The notes below the pieces were generated by a model that was given only the letters and a program-made list of their open reading frames with translations, was not told where the DNA came from and did no database searches. Shown in pieces: positions 40,855 through 50,546 of a stretch of 64,000 nt of DNA. The position numbers were made by a program, and so were the translations under genes. The stretch comes from an uncultured virus (IMG/VR IMGVR_UViG_3300048836_000416) (taxonomy: Duplodnaviria > Heunggongvirae > Uroviricota > Caudoviricetes), in IMG/VR virus record IMGVR_UViG_3300048836_000416; one strand, written 5' to 3'. How positions within the stretch are numbered: the stretch's first letter is position 1; the number at the start of each line of letters is the position of its first letter.

Positions 40855-43032
40855 GGGTATTTTATGCGGAACGTTTTTGGCCTTCGATTTTGATCGGCTT
40901 ACCGTCCCACTCTTCGCCGTTCAGGTAGAGTGCCCAGTTTTTTTGTGTGACGGAAACACCCCATAAAGCGTTAAGGCGGTCGCGTGTTGTTACCGTACCC
41001 CAACCGCAGGTAATTATCCAAAGGTCGCCCGCCTCGTCCCACCAGGCGATTTTGTTACCGTGCAAATACATGGCGGTTCCGTCTGTTTCGGTGTTGCCCA
41101 TTTTTGCGCTTCGCCCGTTCAGGAAAGCAGATGATACCATTTTAGTTACTTTTCGCATGAGTAAATATTTTAATGGTTAAACTTTAATTCGTTTTATCGA
41201 TGGCCGGCCCTGACTTATCCACTCCTCAAAATCTTTGTAGGGAAATACAAAATCTTTGCCGGCCCCGCACTTACATTCGGCCCCAATATGGAATTCATTT
41301 TCGTGGTGTTCCCAGGACGCCATTTTGCGCCCCGCCTCGAATGCTTTTTGTAAGTCTTCTAAAGTGTACATGAGTAAAGAAGTTTTAATCCCCGGCCACC
41401 ACTAAAAAATATATGGTGGCCGGGAATGGTGAGTTAAAGACAGTCAGAGGATGAGAATTGGAACGCCATCGAATATTTGCCGGCCCCTACGGCTTCGCCC
41501 AAAAGATAGGCAAGCCCTTGAGTAGCGGAAAGAAAACGATCCATGCCGATAGCGCCGGAACTGAAAATGTATTTGTGCATGGAGCGGTCGCGGTCTTGGT
41601 TGGACATGCCGCAAATTTTTGCTCCAGCGGGCGACCACGGCCAAAAACGTTCGGCGCGGCCCTCGTCATTTACAAAGTAAAGATCGAACCAATGCCGCCC
41701 CGTCTCAAGGCCACCGCGCGGCGATTTTTGCAGGACAAAGAAAACACTGCGGCCCGCTTTGATAGCGGTAAGGAGGTGTTGAATGGTCCCTGCCAAACGT
41801 GAAAAATCGGGGTCATTTTCGGTATCGGATTTTGAGAATTTTTGGCCGGTGGCGCGTTCAGTAATGACGGACAAAATAGCCTCTACGGTTGGGACGGAAA
41901 ATTCTTTGTTGGTGTACATATAGCGTTTAAAATTGAATGATGAAAAAATGATAGAACAAAGATGCGGCCCCGGATACCGCAAAACAAGCGGGAAAATGAG
42001 TTATGTCGGAATGCGACAAAACTAATCCTTTACATTAAAAACGCGCACACCTTCTTTGCCTCCCTTCCATTCGTCTACCCATCCATCGGGGTAGCGTTCG
42101 TTTTTATACTTTTCATGCGCGGCTAAAACGGCGGCTTTTGCGTCATCAAATGACAGGCCAATGTATAGCGTATAAAGTTGGTAATCGTCATACTGGTCGT
42201 GCTCGTATTGGGCGCAATAAACAACTGGATCGAGCGCATTACATACGGCGGACAAGTCCCCGTTTGGTATCTCCAAAATTGCCGCATCGCTGGCAGCACC
42301 TTTTGAGGTTACGGGGTTTAAAGAAGTGTACCCGGCCGGGACTGAATGTATTTCAATACCAGACATTTTGCCCATACCGTTGCGGCCGCGATAGGCCGCC
42401 GGGGTTTGATCGGAGAAAAGTATTTTTTTCATATCGTTTAAATATTGAATGTGTTAAATTTTATATATGTTCAGCGTTACCCATCATAAAGGGAAAAACC
42501 CAATGACCCGGAACCTTTGAACCAGGCCAAAGGGACAACGCTATGTATTTAGATGTTAAGCAGGTCACGCTTTTTGCAACCCTCGACTTTATTGGTACGT
42601 AGAATGATACCGGCATCTTTGACCGTCCACAAGGCGCCGTCTATTTTAACGCCCAGCACTCGCAAGGCGTCACGGGTAACGCCAAGGTAATGATCCCCAT
42701 ACCCGTATTGGAACGGGAGCAAAAACCGGTAACTATCCGGCATGCCAAAATTTACGGTCACGGACGCGCTAAAGTAAGAATTACCGTTTACCCGGTCAAA
42801 CCATTCGTTTGCATTTACGTCGATTGTTTTTACCTCCTCAGGGAACGGACGAGGTGTAAAAATGCCCGTACCAGGTTGCCGGCCTTGTTTGGGAAACAAC
42901 TGCCAAGTACCAGGGAGTAAAATGTAGTGCCCATCGACTAAGCAAAAGCCTGAAATATTGGTTTTGCGGTTATACGGCTTAAAGGTCAAATTTTTCATGT
43001 GATAGCGTTAAGTTGGTGGATGAAAATTTAGG

Positions 43033-43080
43033 GCCCGTACCCAAGCAAAATTTTGGGAGTCCGTTTGTACGGATACGGGC
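43033..43080 (-). ncRNA. Three-way-junction motif copy B
   Basis: Same topology and loops as copy A, different stem sequences. Confidence 0.55.
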
Positions 43081-43380
43081 AAATATTTAATTGTATGGGT
43101 AAAACGTGACAGGGTAACGACAATGGTTTTTCCCTTGGTGGTGGTAAATGCCGTTATTAATTACGGGCACGGAACAATTTTTGCTAAAATCGTTTCCATC
43201 TAAATAAACGATTTTAAAAAAAGTGGCTGCAAAGGGTAGGTTAATATTCAGCCTGTTTCTGTGCTGGCGTTCGTTTATACGGTGGTGGATTGATAGCGTA
43301 AAATAGTACGCAGTCCGGCCGTTTTTTAGTTTAGGTTGCATGAGTATAGCGTTTAAAATTATTAAGGTGAAACAATGGTT

Positions 43381-43432
43381 CAAAGATACGGACATTGATA
43401 TTTTAAGTCAAGACTAAAAACGTCAAATGTCG
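43381..43432 (-). promoter_or_regulatory. Early promoter copy B
   Basis: -7 box TATCTTTG with upstream TTG, matching the Bacteroidota sigma-A consensus. Confidence 0.7.
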
Positions 43433-44003
43433 CCTACTTTACAAAACTATCCGGGACACAAAAAGCACGGCTTAGATTTTTCAGCCGTTCCCCGACCAAC
43501 CTACCCCAAAGGGTAGGGTTTTGAGTTTAGGATATGGGAACAAAGCGCCCTAAATTGTCGCGTTTGTACGTCGTTTCGGCCGTCGTCCATTGGTACTCCA
43601 TTTCGGCAACGTCGTTTCTTTCCGGGTACTTTTCCGCAAAAGCAGCGTGTACCATATCTGCCCGCTTTTTTAATTCGGCCAAACATTCATTTGCGCTCAT
43701 GTCGCAAGGGTGTAACGGAGAAGGAAAGTGGACATTTACAACTTCGTTGTTACGCTGGAACCGAATATTGCCACCCGAAAAAATGCCGGCCTCTGTTTCT
43801 GTCGTTGTTTCGGTCATAAGCCGCGAAACCTGGTACTTGCGGTTTAAAAACTCCTCCCCGTTAATGGTAAAGGCAAAATCAGGCGTTTTGCCAACTTTCG
43901 CGGAAATTTTCAAAGTAACTTGCATAAGTTAAAAATTTAAGGTGTGAAAAATTGCGCCCGCCGGTGCAATCGAAACACCGTACAACCATTACGGGCAACC
44001 AGG

Positions 44004-44270
44004 TTATTTATGTGCTTCGACGTGTTGCCAGCAAACCCCATCTTTGCCCGCCGGCCGGGCGCAAGTCTTCCCTGCTTTTGTTGTGCCCGTACAACGGGGA
44101 GTATTGGCGCTATGTACCCGGCACTTTTGATCGGGCATTGTGGCCGTTTTGGTGCATTGTGTAGCGGCCTTTGTTGTGGCCGTACAAAGTACCTTTGCCG
44201 GTTTGTCGGTCGTTTGCGCTCCAGCGAGAGCACAAACAAGGAAGAAAATAAGAAAAGCAAATGTGCGCAT
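44004..44270 (-). CDS. Exported protein with two C-x-x-TTK-x4-C...C-x-x-H repeats
   Basis: Signal peptide ...ALAGA|Q; CTATTKAATQC...CRVH and CTGTTKAGKTC...CWQH. Confidence 0.75.
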   Translation of the reverse strand: MRTFAFLIFFLVCALAGAQTTDKPAKVLCTATTKAATQCTKTATMPDQKCRVHSANTPRCTGTTKAGKTCARPAGKDGVCWQHVEAHK

Positions 44271-44702
44271 GGTATTTTATTTAAGTGGTGAAAAATGCTG
44301 CTTAATGTAAGGAACGGTTAAAACCATCATTTTGTGGGGATTGTCATTATCAACAATCCCATCACGCCACAAAACGCAGGTATTACCTTCCTTTGCGGTT
44401 ATTACCCATTTAGTATAGGATTTTTTGTGCTCGAAAGAATCATTTATTTGCATGGTATCTTTTTTTGAAGGTGAAACAAGGTAAAAAGCGCTCCATGTTT
44501 CGCCTAAATAGGCGTCTACGTCATTGTAGGCGAAGGTGGCTATTTCTTCGCCCGGTACCCAATAGCCAGGACCGTGATTTTTTTTCACGTCATCAAAGAA
44601 CGCATTAAGCGCAATTTTTTCGTGTTCATTTATGCCGGTTTTATCGTCGTTCGCAATAACCGGAATAACCCAAGCGGGCACAGTAAATTCTATTTTTTGC
44701 AT

Positions 44703-45841
44703 AGCGTTTAAATTAGAGGAGTTAAAAAATGATTAGATAAATAGTTTGTAGGCCTGTCGGTGGCGGCTACAAATAAGACAGGAAAAAACAGCCGTCTTTG
44801 TCGGCCAATATTTCAACCCGTTTGCCGTCCTTTGTTGCCGTTCCGTAAAATTTAGCCGTTTGCGAATATTGGATAGGAGCAACTAAATTTATGTTTTCAA
44901 GTCGAGCACATTTAAGGAACTTTTCCATTTTGATGTTATTTTAGTGATTCAATTAAATTAATAAGACAAAGGTGCAAACGTTATTTTTATTAAACAACTA
45001 AAATAACGCAAATGTAAGATTGGCGACAAATTTTTTTACAAACAAATTAGCAAATAGTTTAATATCAACGGCTATTTAGATATATTGAATTATTTTATAT
45101 ATATGAGATAGGCTGTTAATTGTCAGTGAGTTATGTATTAGAATAGTTAATTAACTGTCTGTCCTTTATGCTTTTTTAACTAAAATACACCCCAAAATTA
45201 TTTTAGTTATCAGGTATAAATAAGGGAATGACGGCGAAACGGGGAAATAGTGCATAACTCGTTGATTTTCAGCATCTACGGCCCATTTTTGGGGCGAATA
45301 ACAAATACTATATTTTGTAACGCACACAAACGCACTTTTCGACCTTGTTTGTGGTGTGTTGATCGGCCTACCTTTGCGCCGTTTTTAGGCAAATAGCCTT
45401 TTTTAACCTGCTTTTTGTCAGTTTGAGCCGCTTTCCGGAAAAAATTAAGACGGACAACCGGTGAAAATCGGAACCGGGTGGGGGTTTGAAACGAAAACCA
45501 CATTTGCCGGCGTCACCCCCACCCCCATACCATCAAACCCCACGCATACACTCAGAGAGAATCCATGCCCAACCCCCTGATTATCGTTATTTTAGCAACT
45601 TAGTAAAAATAAAGTTGGCTAAATGCTTGACATTCAGAACAGGCTTGCATTACCTTTGTCGCGGTGAAAGAATGAAGGGGTGGTGGCCGGGCCATTACTG
45701 GCTGCAACACCGGCGCCGCCCCTCTCCACCGACAATTCTATGGGACGAGGGGGGAGATAATCACAAGGAAGTGCCGGCCTGAACCTTGGGTTGCACAACC
45801 TCCCCCCGAGGCCCGCCACCGACAGTTCTAAAAACGATCCA
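44703..45841. other. Divergent non-coding control region (candidate origin, terminus or pac region)
   Basis: Strand switch, very AT-rich core, palindromes, G/C tracts; promoter boxes CACCTTTG (minus, about 44967-44974) and TACCTTTG (plus, 45651-45658). Confidence 0.55.
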
Positions 45842-46114
45842 ATGAGAAACATACAGTCGTTACCAAGGTGGGCCCAGGAGAAGATTCTTCGACTGACAAA
45901 CGAGCATGTTGAGATGCAGCATCAATTGGCTGCGGCTAAATCGGCAAACGAGATATGCTCCAAGATGGAATGGTCTGCTATTGGCAACCGGGTCATGTGT
46001 ACGGAGAATCGCAAGTTGTTCCTTTTGGACAAAGATGTTGCGACCTGGGTTTGTACGATTGGTCCCGACGATGTTCTTTTGCTTGGCCGGCGTCCCGCCA
46101 CCGACAATTCGTAG
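45842..46114 (+). CDS. Hypothetical protein
   Basis: Start MRNIQSLPRWAQ, a common phage N-terminal motif. Confidence 0.6.
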   Translation: MRNIQSLPRWAQEKILRLTNEHVEMQHQLAAAKSANEICSKMEWSAIGNRVMCTENRKLFLLDKDVATWVCTIGPDDVLLLGRRPATDNS

Positions 46115-46190
46115 ACACATACCAACGGCGGGCCGGAACGATCAACCCATTTACCCAGTTCTGGTCCGCCACACTCTAAAATAAGCACTC

Positions 46191-47579
46191 ATGCAAGACA
46201 TTCTTTTACCGCTCCTCGTCCTTAACCTTCTCCTAACCTTTTGGCTTCTCCGCCAGCACATCCTCCGCCAGGGCAGCCGCCACCGACGGCGCGACCGAAT
46301 TGACCATTGGCTTCATAGTCTCCAGTTGCAGGCCAATAGCCACGACAAAGCGCTTCTCGATCACGGCGAGATATTCCTTGAGCACAGGTCAGCAATGGCT
46401 GCGATTACCAAAGATCATTACGCGATTAACGAAAGGCTTGACGGCATCTCCGTTTACGACATAAAGGCCATCCTTGCGGGCCAGGAGCGGTTACAGATGC
46501 TTGAGTCCGACATTGAAGCCATCAAGGATATTATTAATCCGCATAGGGAGAAGATAAGTTACCTGGAGTCAATTGTCCATACCGCGAAAGTTCACGACAA
46601 CTTCTCAGGCCGGCCTATTTGGGATGTGGCTTCTTTGACTTCGGCTGTTGGTGATCTCCGGAAGGATTTTTTAAGGCTTGAGCGCGACCTTACTGTGATC
46701 AGTCAATCTAATTTGTCGGTCAATGATCGCACATGTAAATTAGAGTCTTCTATCACGTCAATTGAAACCACCTTTGATGACTTCGGGCGCCGTTTCAATG
46801 ACTTATGGGCCCTCTCAAACTATCGCAAAGAGTGGGAATTAAAAGTCGAGCGTTATATGGAAGCCGCAAAAGAAGTTCGGCAGTCTCAAGAAAATTTGAT
46901 TGGAGATATGGTAGATCGCGTAAAGGGTGTTGAGTCTACCCTTGCTGACCAGGTAGAGTACCACTTTAAGATTGCGCTGGCAGAGCACCTTGAGAAGGTT
47001 AACGGATTTTCGCACAGCATTGCACTTGCTCAATCCAATCTCCGCAACTCCCATGAGATGCTTGCCGCCACCGTCGAGACATTAAGGATACAACACTTTG
47101 GCTTGGCCGACAACTTTTTTCAAACAGTTGGTAAGATTGACGCCGATGTTATCCTGGTCAAAAACGAACTTGATGCGATACGCCCCCGGATTGCAGGGCT
47201 TGAGAAGGCCCAGATAAGTGATGCTGATTGGCAGGTTTTGCAGCGGGCGCACGAAAGTATTGATGTAGATATAAAGCAAATTAAGGCGAGCCACGACAGT
47301 TTTGTTGATGATGTTGTTTCTGAAATGGAGGCGCTCAGATCGAAAGTTGCTGAGACTGCTAATTCTCTGGAGGATCACAAATCTATGACATTGGGCGCGG
47401 CAGAAAACCTTGACAACCGCGTTGTTGATTTAGAGAACGGCGCTAATCCATTTAACCCAGACACTTTGATTGACTCCCTTGAGTCCGACCGCCAGGAAGA
47501 GACAGCCGATCCGGTTGGCTACCTTGAACGGTTAAAGAAGAAGCCAAACACCGATTACACTCACGATATTATACCTTAG
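46191..47579 (+). CDS. Membrane-anchored long coiled-coil protein
   Basis: N-terminal TM segment followed by heptad-rich sequence. Confidence 0.7.
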   Translation: MQDILLPLLVLNLLLTFWLLRQHILRQGSRHRRRDRIDHWLHSLQLQANSHDKALLDHGEIFLEHRSAMAAITKDHYAINERLDGISVYDIKAILAGQERLQMLESDIEAIKDIINPHREKISYLESIVHTAKVHDNFSGRPIWDVASLTSAVGDLRKDFLRLERDLTVISQSNLSVNDRTCKLESSITSIETTFDDFGRRFNDLWALSNYRKEWELKVERYMEAAKEVRQSQENLIGDMVDRVKGVESTLADQVEYHFKIALAEHLEKVNGFSHSIALAQSNLRNSHEMLAATVETLRIQHFGLADNFFQTVGKIDADVILVKNELDAIRPRIAGLEKAQISDADWQVLQRAHESIDVDIKQIKASHDSFVDDVVSEMEALRSKVAETANSLEDHKSMTLGAAENLDNRVVDLENGANPFNPDTLIDSLESDRQEETADPVGYLERLKKKPNTDYTHDIIP

Positions 47580-47581
47580 CC

Positions 47582-47890
47582 ATGAAAACATCCAATTTAT
47601 TTTCGCTTACCCTTCTTTTGCTCTGGGTATCCTATGTCGCCATCTTCCATGCTTGCCATAAGCCCTCCTACGATCTCACTGGAGATTGGTCCAGGGGTTC
47701 GGTTGTTTACTCCTTCTTTGATGACTCACGCTTCAAGCAGAGCGATCTGAGTGGGCAGTGGGTGTGGCAACTCAAAGGCGACATTTTGTACCTTTATGGG
47801 CAGCCTGACCGGGAAATGAAGGTTGAATGGGTTTCCAGTGATGAGGTTAAAATGATCGAGGTTGACACTTTTAATTTGATCCGGCTATGA
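47582..47890 (+). CDS. Putative lipoprotein (lipocalin-like)
   Basis: Hydrophobic leader ending FHA|C; LTGDW...SGQW pattern. Confidence 0.55.
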   Translation: MKTSNLFSLTLLLLWVSYVAIFHACHKPSYDLTGDWSRGSVVYSFFDDSRFKQSDLSGQWVWQLKGDILYLYGQPDREMKVEWVSSDEVKMIEVDTFNLIRL

Positions 47891-48186
47891 GCGAAGTTTT
47901 AAAGAAGCGAAATGTCCGGTTCAATCTTGGCGATGTGGTTTCGTACACCACCCCTGGCAGAAATGGGAAGGGTTTGACGAAGGTTGGTACGATTGCTGTT
48001 GTTATCCCTGCTGGGAAGCCTCGTGATCCTTACCGTTTACCTTCTTGGGAGTATGACCACTTTGGGTGGATGCAGAACCCGCCGCCCCGGGGAAGGGAGA
48101 GTTACTTTGTAGTTGTGGCTACCGACAAAAAGCCTCGTGTTTACCACCCGTTTAATTCACAGTTAAGAAAATTGCAGATATGGTAG
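47887..48186 (+). CDS. SH3/KOW-like small protein
   Basis: FNLGDVV...KVGTIAVVIPAG...SYFV...YHP. Confidence 0.6.
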   Translation: MSEVLKKRNVRFNLGDVVSYTTPGRNGKGLTKVGTIAVVIPAGKPRDPYRLPSWEYDHFGWMQNPPPRGRESYFVVVATDKKPRVYHPFNSQLRKLQIW

Positions 48187-48488
48187 CCTACTACACTGAA
48201 TACCCGGAAGGCCCTTTGATTAAATCTCCCCGGCCGCTGGAGGGAAATTGCCGCAGGATTGACGCCCAGTTATGTTACTCGCGGCAGAGAATGCGGGCTG
48301 ACGACGGGACCGGTAAAAAGCCCTGGGGGTGGCGCACAAAAATTTGTCAGACCCTTTGGTGTGCCGAGGTCCACGTTTTCTACCAAGGCAAAATGCTCCG
48401 GATATGGGACGCTGCGATTGGTGGCTTCCGGCCTGGCGTGACTGACTTTGTTCCGAATCCGAATCTTAAATCTTTCAATAAGAAATGA
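48180..48488 (+). CDS. Hypothetical protein
   Basis: Overlapping operon ORF. Confidence 0.55.
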   Translation: MVAYYTEYPEGPLIKSPRPLEGNCRRIDAQLCYSRQRMRADDGTGKKPWGWRTKICQTLWCAEVHVFYQGKMLRIWDAAIGGFRPGVTDFVPNPNLKSFNKK

Positions 48489-48733
48489 ATCACGAAGACA
48501 GAGAGAATCTTTACGTCAAGATGATGACTACCTATCAAGACAGTCTTGATGATTCTTTTTTTGGACTTTCGCCTGAGGCTAAGTCCTGCATAACCCAAGA
48601 TATTGCAGAAGGGAATATCACTTTGGCCGCAAACGCCATGGCTCCTTTTCCGCGCTGTATCCCATTTATTATCCGCGCTGAGCATCAAATAATGATGATA
48701 CAGCGGCAAAGAAACGAATTGCTACATGGCTAA
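48485..48733 (+). CDS. Hypothetical protein
   Basis: ATGA overlap. Confidence 0.55.
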   Translation: MNHEDRENLYVKMMTTYQDSLDDSFFGLSPEAKSCITQDIAEGNITLAANAMAPFPRCIPFIIRAEHQIMMIQRQRNELLHG

Positions 48734-49340
48734 CTTCCTTCGCTCCGTTTGCGCCTTCTTCCGTATGTTATTCACCGGGAAGGCTCGTCAAAATCACAAA
48801 CTCTCAAAAGAGGAACTTGATCTCATATTCAAGGACATTGCAGCGGAGGTTGCCAAAGATGGCCTATACTCCAAGCGGAACTACACCGCTATCCGGCCGC
48901 ACAAAGACGGCCCCGAGGCGCCTGAATTTACCATCCGCACTCGTTTATCCTCCTCGCCAAACACAATCCGTGAACACCGGTTAATGAGCCAGTATTCCAA
49001 GCGGGCGCTGTCCGAAACGCCGGCGAAGCATTATGAAGAGAAGCACGGCCTTTTCACTTCTGACCTGGAGTTTGAGGTTGGCGATGTGGTAGAGTGGGGC
49101 AGCCAGAGTAAAGGCACCTTCGCCTACAAGCAGGGGATTATCATCGCTGTGGTCCCAGAGGGAGTCGAGAAGTGGGATGTGCTTAAAATGCACGGCCTGG
49201 TCAGCGACGAGTACGGCTTGGACCGGATCGGGAAAGGCGGCACTCGTAAGCATCCGTCTTACCTGGTAGAAGTCGAAGGCGTTACCGGGCAGAAAAAAAT
49301 TTATCACCCGCGTGTAGCGGATTTATCCTTTCCAAAATAA
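48726..49340 (+). CDS. Protein with C-terminal SH3/KOW-like domain (paralog of 47887..48186)
   Basis: FEVGDVV...KQGIIIAVVPEG...SYLV...YHP. Confidence 0.65.
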   Translation: MANFLRSVCAFFRMLFTGKARQNHKLSKEELDLIFKDIAAEVAKDGLYSKRNYTAIRPHKDGPEAPEFTIRTRLSSSPNTIREHRLMSQYSKRALSETPAKHYEEKHGLFTSDLEFEVGDVVEWGSQSKGTFAYKQGIIIAVVPEGVEKWDVLKMHGLVSDEYGLDRIGKGGTRKHPSYLVEVEGVTGQKKIYHPRVADLSFPK

Positions 49341-49582
49341 TGGCAAACTTATCTTTGATTATCAAATCGGTACTTGGCGAAAAAGGCGTGGAGAATCACA
49401 TCATTGGCCAAGTGAAAGGCGCCCCGAAGGCTGCCCACATTGTTTCCCGGAAATTTGCGCAGTCCGGCCTCGTCGAGCAATCGCAAGAAGTTGACGCCAA
49501 TGGCATCACCAAGATCGGCACCAATGACGACGGACAATCCGTTGCTTTCTCCAGCGTATTAAGAATGGGTTATGAGTATTGA
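49340..49582 (+). CDS. Hypothetical protein
   Basis: TAATG coupling with the upstream gene. Confidence 0.6.
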   Translation: MANLSLIIKSVLGEKGVENHIIGQVKGAPKAAHIVSRKFAQSGLVEQSQEVDANGITKIGTNDDGQSVAFSSVLRMGYEY

Positions 49583-49919
49583 GGAAACAAAAATCCCGGT
49601 ATGGCCGATGGAGCGCGTTATATTTGCTACCCCGGAAGAGTCCGATGGGAACAACCTATCCAAGTGTGATCACGGTTGGTCCCGGGACTCATGTCCTCAT
49701 TGCTCACCTGTCACAATCAAAAAAAAGAAAAAGCATGTGCAAAAAGTGCAGTAACTTACTTTGCTTCGGTTGCAAAAAGCCAGAACCGGCTCCTCCGTCT
49801 CCAGATGAACTTGCTCGCCTTAAAGAGCAAGCCAAGAAAGCGGTTGAGGATGGCGACAAGTACATGAACGCCTGGGAGAAGGTTGCAAACAAAAGTCCGT
49901 TCAACTCAAACTTTGGAAG

Positions 49920-50546
49920 ATGAAAAATGAACTCGGAGACGATCCGCGTCTCATTAACGACGGCTCTTTGAAGGCCCACAACAAAATGAAGTGGCAGATG
50001 CGCGGCGCCATATTGCTTGTTGCGCTATGCCTTGCCGCAATTATTACCCTGATCCTATTGGCCTCTTGCGCTCCTCCACGCAACCAATTCAAGTGGGGCG
50101 CCACCGGTGGAACCAAGATCGAAGCGATCAAATACTTCATCACCGCAGAAGGTGGAATTTACCCAGACATCGAACTTTCTCCCCGCGTCCGGTGGCTTAC
50201 TACCGACACTATCTATCCTCCGGTTTTTGAGTTCACCACCGTCTCGCAGTTCCTTGTCTTCTCAGACACAATTGAGGAGTACCACATGAATCAGCGCGTC
50301 GTCGGGATTAAAGGCCGGATAACATTGACTTCCGCCGCCGAATCTTGCCAGCCGGCATCTTTCCCGATTGACGTCTGGAAACAAGTAAATGACTCTACGA
50401 TTGTGGGCGCCTCTGCCCATTGCCGGGCCGAGTGGCAGCGAAGATTTGGTGAAGATGCTGTTCGGGTAGATTTCGTTGACCCACTTCGCGGCCCTGCTTA
50501 TTACATTGCCTTTGAACACTGGCGAGACACTTCAATGGTCCGATGA
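49920..50546 (+). CDS. Putative lipoprotein
   Basis: Hydrophobic stretch ending LLAS|C. Confidence 0.55.
   Translation: MKNELGDDPRLINDGSLKAHNKMKWQMRGAILLVALCLAAIITLILLASCAPPRNQFKWGATGGTKIEAIKYFITAEGGIYPDIELSPRVRWLTTDTIYPPVFEFTTVSQFLVFSDTIEEYHMNQRVVGIKGRITLTSAAESCQPASFPIDVWKQVNDSTIVGASAHCRAEWQRRFGEDAVRVDFVDPLRGPAYYIAFEHWRDTSMVR

Larger units (their letters stand above)
36869..44702 (-). other. Cluster of about 18 small co-oriented early/host-takeover-type genes
   Basis: ORFs 36869-37081, 37106-37612, 37609-38109, 38106-38651, 38721-39008, 39135-39563, 39642-39869, 39851-40405, 40415-40774, 40862-41158, 41177-41371, 41434-41919, 42022-42432, 42549-42998, 43087-43341, 43527-43925, 44004-44270, 44277-44702; separated by structured spacers and promoters. 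Confidence 0.75.

Noticed and set aside
44703..46190. Possible mini-CRISPR array from the CCACCGACA repeats
   Set aside because: Repeats are only 13-18 bp with irregular spacing (about 90 and 280 bp); no cas genes.
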